Below, piece after piece: positions 40,770-50,218 of a stretch of DNA of 64,000 bases. The position numbers and the translations under genes are program-made. How positions within the stretch are numbered: the first letter of the stretch is position 1; each line of letters opens with the position of its first letter. The stretch spans positions 15,676 to 79,675 of the forward strand of contig CALXQL010000008.1 in assembly GCA_944390685.1 (NCBI GenBank), in the 5' to 3' direction. The notes beneath the pieces were generated by a model. It made no database searches. It saw only the letters and a program-made list of their open reading frames with translations, and was not told the DNA's origin. The DNA is from an uncultured Alphaproteobacteria bacterium (lineage in GTDB: Bacteria > Pseudomonadota > Alphaproteobacteria > Rs-D84 > CACZYB01).

Positions 40770-41717
40770 ATGTCTTTTTTAGAATTTTTTCATTTTGATA
40801 AGGATCCTTTTCCTCTTAACTCTTCATATAATTATGTGTTTAAAAATAAGGCTCAATTCAACATCATTGATGAAGTTGTTAATAATTTAAGGTTTTATCA
40901 TGGAATTTATTCTATCGTAGGACATAGCGGTATTGGAAAAACCTTTATGTTAAATCAAATTCTTATGCAAGTAAAAAATAATGATTTTACTTTCTTTATT
41001 TGTGCAAATGAAAAAACTAATTTATTTAAAATGTTTGCTGAACAATTTTCTCTTAAAAAATATGAGGAAAATGACATCATTCAATTCATTTCTAAACATT
41101 ATAAAAATGGTGAAAACATTTTCTTTTTTATTGATGATTTTCAAAATTTAAATGAAAGTGAAAGAATTAAACTTTTCTCCCTTTTATATCATCTTAATTA
41201 TATAAATATTATAGTTGCAGGGGATAAGTCTATAATTAAAATTTTAAAGGATAAAAAATTTCCTTTTTTAAAAAAATCTATTCGTAAAATTTATAAAATT
41301 TCTCATTTTTCTATTTGGAAATCTATGCGTTATATAAATTCTATATCTATTCAAGCTTTATCTTTAAGTCAATATAAACAACTTTTCGGTTTTTTTAAAC
41401 GATTTTTGATTTCCTTTTTTTCAAATAGAAATATAAATGATATCAATTTAATTGCATCATCTACTTTAAAAGAAGCCTATAAAAATAAAAACTCTAAAAT
41501 TACTTTTCATGATGTATTTTATGCTATAAAAATTAACCTCAATCTTGTTAAAGAAAATTTATATTTTAAGTTTCAAAAGATTTTCTTTGTAATTCTCATT
41601 TTAATTTCTTTATTTTTTGCTATTAAAATTGTTATAGATAGGCAATTTTTATTACAAAAAATTGAAATTGAAAAATCTATTGATGAACAAGAACAAAATT
41701 TTCAAAATTTCTTTTAA
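40770..41717 (+). CDS. ExeA/GspA-like AAA+ ATPase with a C-terminal TM helix
   Basis: The N-terminal FHFDKDPFPL motif resembles the ExeA family. Walker A GHSGIGKT and Walker B FFFIDDFQ. There is a TM segment near the C-terminus. Confidence 0.6.
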   Translation: MSFLEFFHFDKDPFPLNSSYNYVFKNKAQFNIIDEVVNNLRFYHGIYSIVGHSGIGKTFMLNQILMQVKNNDFTFFICANEKTNLFKMFAEQFSLKKYEENDIIQFISKHYKNGENIFFFIDDFQNLNESERIKLFSLLYHLNYINIIVAGDKSIIKILKDKKFPFLKKSIRKIYKISHFSIWKSMRYINSISIQALSLSQYKQLFGFFKRFLISFFSNRNINDINLIASSTLKEAYKNKNSKITFHDVFYAIKINLNLVKENLYFKFQKIFFVILILISLFFAIKIVIDRQFLLQKIEIEKSIDEQEQNFQNFF

Positions 41718-43348
41718 TAATTTAGTTTTCTTAATTCTTCATATACAGATGGATTGATGATTATTTTCTTTGCTAAATTAACCGCAAATGTTTGTGCATT
41801 TTTTAATGGATATAATGATGGACAAGATTTTCTTACTTTATCTACCTCTTCATCTGTTATTGTTTTGTATTTTTGTCGGTTATCCTTAAAATCACCATTT
41901 TCTACATTCATGATAAAGGTATCAACATCTTTATCCGATGTAAAACTTGATATACACACTATTGGTATTACACCAACCTTATCAAGAGCATAGTCATTCA
42001 ATGTTAATGCTTTTTTCGTGGCAATTTTTATTTCCGCTTTGTTTGGTAAAGTATAAGTATCAGAAATTGTTCCCTTTCCAAATGTTGGCGAACCAATTAT
42101 AACCGCCCTACCCCTTGATTCTAATATAAAAGCAAATAGTTCCGCCTCTGCCTTTGTGGTATTATCCGCAATCACAACTATTGGTAAATCATTTAAAATA
42201 TCACCGGATTTTGCTGTATATATTTGATTTTTATCAGCCCCTAACCCGGTAGTTTTAAACATATCTCCACCTGAAATGACAAGATTTGCCATTTCTAAGG
42301 CTTCTTTTAAATTACCTCCATTATTTGCTCGTAAATCTAAAATTACCCCCTTTATTTCATCTTGATTTAAAGAATCAATTGCATCTTTAAATTCATAAGA
42401 AGAATTTTCTTTAAAATTCATTATTGAAATAACCGGAATTTCCTTATTTTTGTTATCTATAAATATTGATGATAATTTTGGTTTATTTCTTTTTATATAA
42501 GTTTCTCCTGCTCGTCCATTTATATAACTTATATAATCAAGATGTATTATTTCAATATCATTGTTAGTAAATGAAGCTTCTATTTGTTCATCTTTTAATG
42601 ATTTTACCGGTGTGGTGTTTATATGGGTAATTACATCTCCTTCTATTATATTAGAATAATATATTGGAGAATCTTGAATTATACTTAATACTTGAAGTCC
42701 TTGTGGAATTTTTCTATATGTAAAACCTAATGTAGCGGAATTGTATCCTTTTTGCTTTTTTAATAAACTTATATAATCTGTATATGTTGCATTTTCATCA
42801 AGGCTTTTTATTAAATATAATGTAGTTAAATAATATATTTGTTCAGGATGTGCCTTCATTACATCGGGATTTTTTTCCCTTAAACTTAATATTATATTAA
42901 CTATTAAATTTGCCCATGCCCTAGAATCTCCTTCAAGTGGCGTGTTAAAATTTGCAACCAATTTTAAATTTTTATCGTGGATTAAAACTCTACTATTTGC
43001 TATAGTAATTTCCAATTTCCCAGCAAGATGTGATATTCCATCCAATATAAGATTTAGAATCTTATCATATTTAACATCATATAAGAAATTCTTTTGTATG
43101 ATATCTATCAATTGTGTGTAAAAATCACTCGCTTCTTTTATTGAAAAATTATTGACTATATCACTTCCACTTATCCAATATTCATATTTATTATATTTAT
43201 AATTATCCTTTTGTTCATATGGTATTGGTATCACTTCTACTGAAACCTTATTATTTTTTATCACTTGGGAAGAGGTATCAGCCATTGATACATTACTCAT
43301 CAATGACATAATACTTAAACCATATAATAATGTTTTTCTTCCCCCCAT
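41714..43348 (-). CDS. S41 (Ctp/Prc-like) peptidase family protein, possibly catalytically inactive
   Basis: Signal peptide, a PDZ-like segment, and the DLRANNGG and PTFGKG motifs. The expected SASASE serine motif reads TTKAEAE. Confidence 0.75.
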   Translation of the reverse strand: MGGRKTLLYGLSIMSLMSNVSMADTSSQVIKNNKVSVEVIPIPYEQKDNYKYNKYEYWISGSDIVNNFSIKEASDFYTQLIDIIQKNFLYDVKYDKILNLILDGISHLAGKLEITIANSRVLIHDKNLKLVANFNTPLEGDSRAWANLIVNIILSLREKNPDVMKAHPEQIYYLTTLYLIKSLDENATYTDYISLLKKQKGYNSATLGFTYRKIPQGLQVLSIIQDSPIYYSNIIEGDVITHINTTPVKSLKDEQIEASFTNNDIEIIHLDYISYINGRAGETYIKRNKPKLSSIFIDNKNKEIPVISIMNFKENSSYEFKDAIDSLNQDEIKGVILDLRANNGGNLKEALEMANLVISGGDMFKTTGLGADKNQIYTAKSGDILNDLPIVVIADNTTKAEAELFAFILESRGRAVIIGSPTFGKGTISDTYTLPNKAEIKIATKKALTLNDYALDKVGVIPIVCISSFTSDKDVDTFIMNVENGDFKDNRQKYKTITDEEVDKVRKSCPSLYPLKNAQTFAVNLAKKIIINPSVYEELRKLNY

Positions 43349-43358
43349 AATAAAATCC

Positions 43359-44252
43359 TTACTTTATTCTTTTTTTATTAAATAAAAGTAGTGATGATGT
43401 AGATATCAACATGGATGAATAAGTTCCAACAATTATTCCAAATAACATTACAGCAGAAAAGCCCTTTAATACTTCACCACCAAATAAATATATTGCCAGA
43501 ACCGCAAATATTGTAGTAAAACCTGTTAATAATGTTCTTGAAAAAGTTTCATTTATTGATAGGTCAATTATATCTCCTAATTCTTTACTTCTATATTTTT
43601 TTATATTTTCTCTTACCCTATCATATATAACAACTGTATCGTTTATGGAATAACCAGCTAAGGTCAATAATGCTGCAAGTGTGGTTAAGTCAAACTCTAT
43701 ACCTGTAATACTCAACATTGCAAGCGCCAATAAAACATCATGTAATAATGATAATCCTGTACCTACAGCAAATGGTAATTCAAATCTTATCCATATATAA
43801 ATAGATATTACTAAGATAGATAATAAAACCGCCAAAATTCCATTCTTTATTAAATCAGCTCCTACCTTTGGTCCAACTATTTGTGTATTTCTATATTCTA
43901 TTTCTTCACCTAAAATTGTTTTAACAGATGACAAATCTTTTGTTATTTGTGCTTCATCTTTATTTTCTTGTGGCAAATAAATTGAAACTATATCACCAGT
44001 ATCACCTTGTGATTGAATTGTTGGTGAAAAAGATTTTAATTTGGAACGTAAGTCTTCAATATTTGCTTTGGAAGGTGTTTGTATTTCTATTAAAACTCCA
44101 CCTGTAAAATCTATACCATAATTAAATTTATTTGTTGCAACTATTATTATTGATGTAAGTGAAAAAATTATTCCCAAAAGTGCAAATAGCACACTATGTT
44201 TCATCAATTTAAATTTTGTTTGGATTGGTATTACTTTAATTAATTTAAACAT
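43359..44252 (-). CDS. secF: Protein translocase subunit SecF
   Basis: Six-TM SecD/F-type protein with motifs GIDFTGG and YSINDTVVIYDR. Confidence 0.9.
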   Translation of the reverse strand: MFKLIKVIPIQTKFKLMKHSVLFALLGIIFSLTSIIIVATNKFNYGIDFTGGVLIEIQTPSKANIEDLRSKLKSFSPTIQSQGDTGDIVSIYLPQENKDEAQITKDLSSVKTILGEEIEYRNTQIVGPKVGADLIKNGILAVLLSILVISIYIWIRFELPFAVGTGLSLLHDVLLALAMLSITGIEFDLTTLAALLTLAGYSINDTVVIYDRVRENIKKYRSKELGDIIDLSINETFSRTLLTGFTTIFAVLAIYLFGGEVLKGFSAVMLFGIIVGTYSSMLISTSSLLLFNKKRIK

Positions 44253-44261
44253 TTGATATCC

Positions 44262-44555
44262 CTACTCTATTATTTTTGGAACAGTGAAATATTCACCCTC
44301 ATCATCAGGAGAAGGTGCATTTTTTAAAACTTCTTCCCTTGAGGCTTGTGGTAAAACTGTGTCTGGACGTCTAGGAAGTGGATGATCCGCAACAGAAATC
44401 AAAGGTTCAACACCATCTACATTTACGTCATCTAAACCCTTTATCCATTCAATAACATTTTCAAGTTCTCCGACCATTTTTTCAGCCATTTCGTCGGTTA
44501 AACCTATACGAACCATTTTTGCATTATTTTTAACTTTTTCCTTTGTGAAATACAT
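44262..44555 (-). CDS. gatC: Glu/Asp-tRNA amidotransferase subunit C
   Basis: 97 aa. LTDEMAEKMVGELENVIEWI is typical of GatC. Confidence 0.85.
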   Translation of the reverse strand: MYFTKEKVKNNAKMVRIGLTDEMAEKMVGELENVIEWIKGLDDVNVDGVEPLISVADHPLPRRPDTVLPQASREEVLKNAPSPDDEGEYFTVPKIIE

Positions 44556-44725
44556 ATTAATTACCTCTTTTATTTTGTTTTGGATTGTAGCATATTGTTT
44601 TTTATCTAGTCAAGAAAAACCATCTTTTTTATCGTGATTATCTTCCTACTGACTTAAAAGATAAAAAATTGTATCATAAAATTATCCTTTATGGATATAT
44701 TTAACAAAAAATGAAAGGATTTAAA

Positions 44726-44938
44726 ATGAATAGTTTTATTAAATTTGTATGTCTTCCTTTAATGATTATTGGTGCTTTAAATTGGGGACTTGTAGGTGCT
44801 TTTAATTTCAATCTTGTTTCTCTTCTTTTTGGAACAGGTGTATTAGCAAGAATCATTTATCTTCTTGTTGGTATTGCTGGTATTTGTTCTTTATATATTT
44901 ATAAAGAAGCAAAAGATATGGAAAGACATTCTAAATAA
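44726..44938 (+). CDS. DUF378-like small membrane protein
   Basis: Two TM helices with the motif IGALNWGLVG. Start set at the ATG after AAAGGA; the track ORF starts at 44711. Confidence 0.7.
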   Translation: MNSFIKFVCLPLMIIGALNWGLVGAFNFNLVSLLFGTGVLARIIYLLVGIAGICSLYIYKEAKDMERHSK

Positions 44939-44962
44939 ATTTATTTTCATTAAATATAAAAG

Positions 44963-44984
44963 GGCCTAAATATAGGCCTTTTTT
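44963..44984 (+). terminator. Intrinsic terminator after the DUF378 gene
   Basis: Hairpin GGCCT-AAATAT-AGGCC followed by T6. Confidence 0.7.
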
Positions 44985-44999
44985 GTTTCACGTGAAACA
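44984..44999. promoter_or_regulatory. parS centromere-like site (perfect palindrome TGTTTCACGTGAAACA)
   Basis: Exact match to the ParB-binding consensus TGTTNCACGTGAAACA. Lies between two convergent terminators. Confidence 0.8.
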
Positions 45000-45042
45000 T
45001 TTAATAATAAAAAAATCGCCACAATAGGCGACTTATAAAACT

Positions 45043-45117
45043 TGGCTGGGGTGGCTGGATTCGAACCAACGAATGGCGGAACCAAAACCCGCTGCCTTAC
45101 CACTTGGCGACACCCCA
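45043..45117 (-). tRNA. tRNA-Gln (anticodon UUG)
   Basis: The reverse complement folds as a cloverleaf: acceptor TGGGGTG/CACCCCA (U1-A72, G73), anticodon stem GCGGG/TCCGC with loop TTTTGGT, T arm GTTGG-TTCGAAT-CCAGC, and an encoded CCA. Confidence 0.9.
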
Positions 45118-45227
45118 ATATTGAAATGATTATAATACAAACCTTTTTAAATGCAAGTAAAAAATTACCTTTTAATTAAATTGAATTTCTTTTATATTAT
45201 TATATCATATTTTCAAAGTGAGGTAAT

Positions 45228-45617
45228 ATGCAAAATTTTATTAAAGTAGGTGTGGGCGTTTATATTTTTAATGATAAAAATCAAATTTTACTTGGTTTTA
45301 GAAATAGTAAACATGGAAATGGCTCTTGGGCCCCTCCTGGAGGTCATATTGAATTTGGTGAAACTCCTGAACAAGCTATTATTCGTGAAGTAAAAGAGGA
45401 AACTAATTTAACATTAAATCCTTTGGATATAGAATTTAAAGATTTTACAAATGATTTTTTTGAAAAAACACATGTTCATTATATCACTTTACACTTCTTT
45501 TGTAAAAAATTTACCGGATCTCCTTTAATAATGGAACCAGATAAATGTCTTAAATGGGAATGGTTTGATATAACAAATTTACCGGAAAATCTTTTCCTAC
45601 CTAATCAAAATTTTTAA
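45228..45617 (+). CDS. Nudix hydrolase
   Basis: Nudix box GGHIEFGETPEQAIIREVKEETNL. Confidence 0.85.
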   Translation: MQNFIKVGVGVYIFNDKNQILLGFRNSKHGNGSWAPPGGHIEFGETPEQAIIREVKEETNLTLNPLDIEFKDFTNDFFEKTHVHYITLHFFCKKFTGSPLIMEPDKCLKWEWFDITNLPENLFLPNQNF

Positions 45618-45640
45618 AAAAAATATACTTTAAAAAAATA

Positions 45641-45668
45641 TTGACAAAAACTGAAATTAAGTTATATT
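45641..45668 (+). promoter_or_regulatory. Sigma70-type promoter (TTGACA-N16-TATATT) for ORF 45718
   Basis: Consensus -35 hexamer and an AT-rich -10 about 50 nt upstream of the ATG. Confidence 0.45.
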
Positions 45669-45717
45669 TTTAATAGTGTTATTCATTTAATATAATGATG
45701 AGCTGAAAGGAACTTAA

Positions 45718-46149
45718 ATGAAAATAAAACAAAAACTATTCTTTGCAATAGAATGTTATTCAAATTTTATGGCATATAAAGAAGTAACAGAAAAATTTGA
45801 TACTAAAAAGGAACTTTTTGATACATTAAAATCCAAAAAAGATTTAGAATCATTTAAAGTTTCATCAGCAATTATTACTGTTGATGGTGATAAAAAAATT
45901 ATTTCTAACTTAAAACATGAAGGTTATTATATTATCGCTCATTCAGAATTATTAACAAAAGAAAAAGTGATAAAAACTGTTAAACATAATGCTAATTTAT
46001 TAAAGAATATGAAAAATAATGGTTGGGATTATGTAGTAAAAACAATTCAAGGCTTTTTACCTGTTGAAAAGGATACTATTGTCTTAAATAAAAATTTTAA
46101 TCAAATTTATCCTATACAACAAATAACTAAACTTAATCAAGGTAGATAA
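45718..46149 (+). CDS. Hypothetical protein (orphan, 143 aa)
   Basis: Has its own promoter and an intrinsic terminator (AAGGGATTT..AAATCCCTT plus a T-run at about 46159-46187), and AAAGGA lies upstream of the ATG. I recognise no family. Confidence 0.5.
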   Translation: MKIKQKLFFAIECYSNFMAYKEVTEKFDTKKELFDTLKSKKDLESFKVSSAIITVDGDKKIISNLKHEGYYIIAHSELLTKEKVIKTVKHNANLLKNMKNNGWDYVVKTIQGFLPVEKDTIVLNKNFNQIYPIQQITKLNQGR

Positions 46150-46231
46150 GATATAGAAGGGATTTACTAAAAATAAATCCCTTTTTTATTTATAATTTTA
46201 ATATGTTATTTTTTAAACTGTTTCATAATTT

Positions 46232-46305
46232 TGGCTGGGGTAAATGGATTCGAACCACTGTTAACAGAGCCAGAATCTGTTGTCCTACCACTAGACGATA
46301 CCCCA
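46232..46305 (-). tRNA. tRNA-Gln (anticodon CUG)
   Basis: Reverse-complement cloverleaf: acceptor TGGGGTA/TACCCCA (U1-A72, G73), anticodon stem ACAGA/TCTGT with loop TTCTGGC, T arm AGTGG-TTCGAAT-CCATT, and an encoded CCA. Confidence 0.9.
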
Positions 46306-46354
46306 ATTGCCTTTATTATATATTCTTTATTTTCCTTTTCAATTAAAATATAGT

Positions 46355-46383
46355 TTGACTTATTTTTTTTCATATTTTAGAAT
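46355..46383 (+). promoter_or_regulatory. Sigma70-type promoter (TTGACT-N17-TAGAAT) for the UvrD-like helicase gene
   Basis: Near-consensus hexamers with 17-nt spacing, about 28 nt upstream of the ATG. Confidence 0.5.
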
Positions 46384-46410
46384 CTTTATAGAACAAATGA
46401 AAGTTTTTTT

Positions 46411-48429
46411 ATGAATTTTATTGATAATAATGTTTTGCCAAATTGGCTTGATAAACTTAATGATGAACAAAAATTAGCCGTTCAAACTACAGAAGGGCCT
46501 TTATTGGTTTTATCCGGTGCAGGAACAGGTAAAACTCGTGTGCTTACTTCTCGCATCGCATATATCATTTATAAACAACTGGCTTTACCTTGGCAAATTT
46601 TAGCTGTAACTTTCACTAATAAAGCTGCAAACGAAATGAAAAATCGTATTAAATCTATTATTGGGGAAGGGGCAGACAATCTTTGGATTGGAACTTTTCA
46701 TTCAATTGGTTTAAGAATTGTTAAACGTTATTATGATTTAATTGGGCTTAAAAAAAACTTTCTTATCTTTGATGAGAGTGATCAAAAAATCCTAATTAAA
46801 AAAGTTATGGAAGAAGATTTAAAAATTGATATTAAAAAATGGAATCCTGCCGTAGTGTTAGAAAATATTGCCAGGTTAAAAGATAAAGGTTTTTATTTTG
46901 ATGATGAAAATATCAATATGATTGATGTGGATACTATCAATGGAAGATTATTAGATGTTTATAAACATTATCAAGAAAAATTATTGGAATTAAATGCTGT
47001 GGATTTCGGGGATTTGTTATTATATCCTCTTATGATTTTTGAAAAAAATCCAGTGATTTTAAATGAATTTCAAAATAAATTTAAGTATATTTTAGTTGAT
47101 GAGTATCAAGATACAAATGCTGTGCAATATAAACTTTTAAAACTTCTTTCCGAAGTGCATCATAACATTTGTTGCGTAGGTGATGATGATCAATCTATTT
47201 ATTCTTGGCGTGGTGCCGAAATTGAAAATATACTCCGCTTTGAAAACGATTTTGAAAATGCTAAAATCATACGACTTGAAACTAATTATAGATCTACTCC
47301 TCATATACTTCATGCTGCTTCTTGTTTAATCGCAAAAAATAAGGGTAGGTTGGGTAAAGAACTTCGCCCTTGTAAAGCAAAAATTGATGAAACATCAAAA
47401 AAAATCCAGGTTCATGGTGTGTGGAATGGTGATGAAGAGGCTCATGAAATTGTGGATCAAATTGAATTTTATCAAAGAAAAGGGATACCTTTATCGGAAA
47501 TGGCTGTATTAGTTAGAGCAGGGTATCAAACAAGACTTTTTGAAGAATATTTCATTAAATCCGGTATTTCATATAAAATTATTGGCGGACTTCGCTTCTA
47601 TGAAAGACAAGAAATTAAGGATATCATCGCTTATTTAAGATTACTTGTTTATCCTCAAGATAATATCTCTTTTGAAAGAATTATAAATGTTCCAAAACGT
47701 GGAATTGGTGATAAGACTTTGCAAAATATAAATATTTATGCTAGGGAAAGGCATATCTCTTTATTTGATGCAACAGAAGAAATGTTAAAAAATAATAAAA
47801 TAACCGGAAAAGCAAGTTTAACTCTTCAAAAATTTATTGATGATTTTCATAGATGGCGAATTATTTATAATGGCGATGCCGTAGACTTACTTGATAATCA
47901 TAAAATTACTGAACATTATCAATTAGTTGAAATGATGCTTAAAGAATCCGGCTATATTGAAATGTGGCAAAATTCAAAAAAAGCCGATGCAGAAGCAAAA
48001 ATTCAAAACATTATGGAATTTTTAGGTATCATAAAATCCGATTTTGAAACTATAAATGAGTTCTTGGAATATATCACTTTGTTCATTGAAAATAATGAAA
48101 CTACTATAGATAGTAAAAATTACGTTTCTCTTATGACTTTACATGCTGCAAAAGGGCTGGAATTTGATATTGTATTTTTACCAGGGTGGGAAATGGGTAT
48201 TTTCCCAAATGAAAAATCTTCATTTGAAAACTCTACATCTTTGGAAGAAGAAAGAAGGCTTGCCTATGTAGGAATTACAAGAGCTAAACAAGTAGTAGAA
48301 ATATTTTTTGCCGGTAGTAGAATGGTCTTTGGTCAATGGCAACAAAATTTACCTTCTATATTCTTAAATGATTTACCCGAAGAAGATATTGAAATTCATT
48401 CCTTTTCAAATGCATATTCCAGTTTTTAA
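46411..48429 (+). CDS. UvrD/Rep/PcrA-family ATP-dependent DNA helicase
   Basis: SF1 motifs: GAGTGKT, VDEYQDTN, NYRST and TLHAAKGLEF..VGITRAK. 672 aa. Confidence 0.9.
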   Translation: MNFIDNNVLPNWLDKLNDEQKLAVQTTEGPLLVLSGAGTGKTRVLTSRIAYIIYKQLALPWQILAVTFTNKAANEMKNRIKSIIGEGADNLWIGTFHSIGLRIVKRYYDLIGLKKNFLIFDESDQKILIKKVMEEDLKIDIKKWNPAVVLENIARLKDKGFYFDDENINMIDVDTINGRLLDVYKHYQEKLLELNAVDFGDLLLYPLMIFEKNPVILNEFQNKFKYILVDEYQDTNAVQYKLLKLLSEVHHNICCVGDDDQSIYSWRGAEIENILRFENDFENAKIIRLETNYRSTPHILHAASCLIAKNKGRLGKELRPCKAKIDETSKKIQVHGVWNGDEEAHEIVDQIEFYQRKGIPLSEMAVLVRAGYQTRLFEEYFIKSGISYKIIGGLRFYERQEIKDIIAYLRLLVYPQDNISFERIINVPKRGIGDKTLQNINIYARERHISLFDATEEMLKNNKITGKASLTLQKFIDDFHRWRIIYNGDAVDLLDNHKITEHYQLVEMMLKESGYIEMWQNSKKADAEAKIQNIMEFLGIIKSDFETINEFLEYITLFIENNETTIDSKNYVSLMTLHAAKGLEFDIVFLPGWEMGIFPNEKSSFENSTSLEEERRLAYVGITRAKQVVEIFFAGSRMVFGQWQQNLPSIFLNDLPEEDIEIHSFSNAYSSF

Positions 48430-50150
48430 TTTAATCCAAAATGAATTTTATTTTGTAAAATAGTTTCATTCAAACCTTCATCTTCTTTTTCATTAGTTAA
48501 ATAGCTAATTGCTTTTTTCCATTCGTATTTGGCTTCTTCTTTACGGCCTACTTTCCAATAGGCATCTCCTAAATGATTTATTATAACTGCGTTTTTTGGT
48601 TTAATTGATTTTGCATATTCAAACATCTTTATTGCATCATCATATTTTTCTTGTTTATAATATGCATAACCATAGGTATCCAAATAATATGGATTTAATG
48701 GTTCATAGGTCATAGCCCTTTCTGCAAATGAAAAACCTTCTTTTATATCTATATCATTTCTAAGAAGAAAATAAGCATAGTAATTTAAAACTATATGATT
48801 TTTTGTATTTAATTTTAGTGATTCCTTTAAATCCTCTTGGGTCTTATCTTTTTTATTAAGATTATCATATATGATGCTTCTTAAATAATAAAGTTCCGCT
48901 TTTAATGTAGGATTATTGACTTCTCTTTTTATTCCTTCTGTATAATAAAATAAGGCTTTATCATAATCATCTTGTTTTTTATAATAATTACCTAAAACTT
49001 GATATAATTGTAAAACATCTGGGTATTCTTTTATTAAATTTTTAAGAATATCTATTGCTTCATTTGTATGTATATCTCTTTTTAATAAATATTGTGCATA
49101 ATTTATCTTATTTATTAAATTTATATAAGATGTATCCGGTATTAAATTTATCATGTCTTTATAATAATCAAATTTATTATTATTTTTATAAACTTCAGCT
49201 TTCATAAGTTGAGCCATGTATAAATTTGGATTTAAATCTAATACCATATTCAAATACATTAAATATATATCAAAATTTTTTGGAAATAAAATTAACATTA
49301 TATTTGATAAATCAAACAAAGCCTTTGCCATATAATCATTAAGTGTAAAATTTTGAACCTTATATTTATTAGATTTTATTGATTCTAATAATGCATAAGT
49401 TGATATAGAATCCTGTGTTTTTGTATAATATTCATTTAATATATCTATGGCTTTTTGTTTTTGATTCTTTTTAAGATAGTAATTGGCTATAACTTCTATA
49501 TCATATAAATTTAATTTTGTAGTTAAAGCCTCTTGATATAATTCATCTGCATAACTATCTTGATTAGATAATTCAGCCATTGCTCCTAAATTCATTAAAA
49601 TTATGTTATCAAAAGCCGGATTATTTATTTCTGTTTCCAATAAATCCATTGCTTTATCATTTTCATTTAAGGCTATTAAATTCCATCCTTTTAATAATTT
49701 AATGATAAATGTATCTTTTTTATTTTTTATATTATTTAGTAAATCATACGATTGTTGATAATTACCATTTTTAAATTCTATAAAACTTAAATATATGACA
49801 GGTATAATGTTATGAGGATTTTTTTCTATTTCTTTTTTGGCTTCTTTTATTGCATTTTCCTCATCATTGCTTGCCACCTTTAATATAAAAGATTTACCTA
49901 AAAAGTCAGATCCAGTTTGCTTAATAGCCTCATCATAAAAATTATTCAATTTAAAATAATCATTATCAATTTCCGCATGAAAACTTGAAAGATATAGTCC
50001 ATATTTATTATCGGTAAAATCTATATTTTCATAACCTATTGTATTTACATTTTTTTTGGTAGGTTTCATTATAATTATTAACCCTATAAAAATAAGGATA
50101 AAAATTAAAAACATTTTTATTAAATATTTTTTTACTTTATTGTTTTGCAT
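48426..50150 (-). CDS. TPR-repeat protein with an N-terminal membrane anchor
   Basis: One TM helix followed by many TPR-like repeats (..YYLRSIIY.., AIKMFEYAKSIKPKNA, LGDAYWKVGRKEEA). Confidence 0.7.
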   Translation of the reverse strand: MQNNKVKKYLIKMFLIFILIFIGLIIIMKPTKKNVNTIGYENIDFTDNKYGLYLSSFHAEIDNDYFKLNNFYDEAIKQTGSDFLGKSFILKVASNDEENAIKEAKKEIEKNPHNIIPVIYLSFIEFKNGNYQQSYDLLNNIKNKKDTFIIKLLKGWNLIALNENDKAMDLLETEINNPAFDNIILMNLGAMAELSNQDSYADELYQEALTTKLNLYDIEVIANYYLKKNQKQKAIDILNEYYTKTQDSISTYALLESIKSNKYKVQNFTLNDYMAKALFDLSNIMLILFPKNFDIYLMYLNMVLDLNPNLYMAQLMKAEVYKNNNKFDYYKDMINLIPDTSYINLINKINYAQYLLKRDIHTNEAIDILKNLIKEYPDVLQLYQVLGNYYKKQDDYDKALFYYTEGIKREVNNPTLKAELYYLRSIIYDNLNKKDKTQEDLKESLKLNTKNHIVLNYYAYFLLRNDIDIKEGFSFAERAMTYEPLNPYYLDTYGYAYYKQEKYDDAIKMFEYAKSIKPKNAVIINHLGDAYWKVGRKEEAKYEWKKAISYLTNEKEDEGLNETILQNKIHFGLN

Positions 50151-50218
50151 ATTTCCTTGCCTCTATTATTTTTATGTTTTATTATAACATAAATTCAATT
50201 AAAAAAAAAGAGTCTTAA

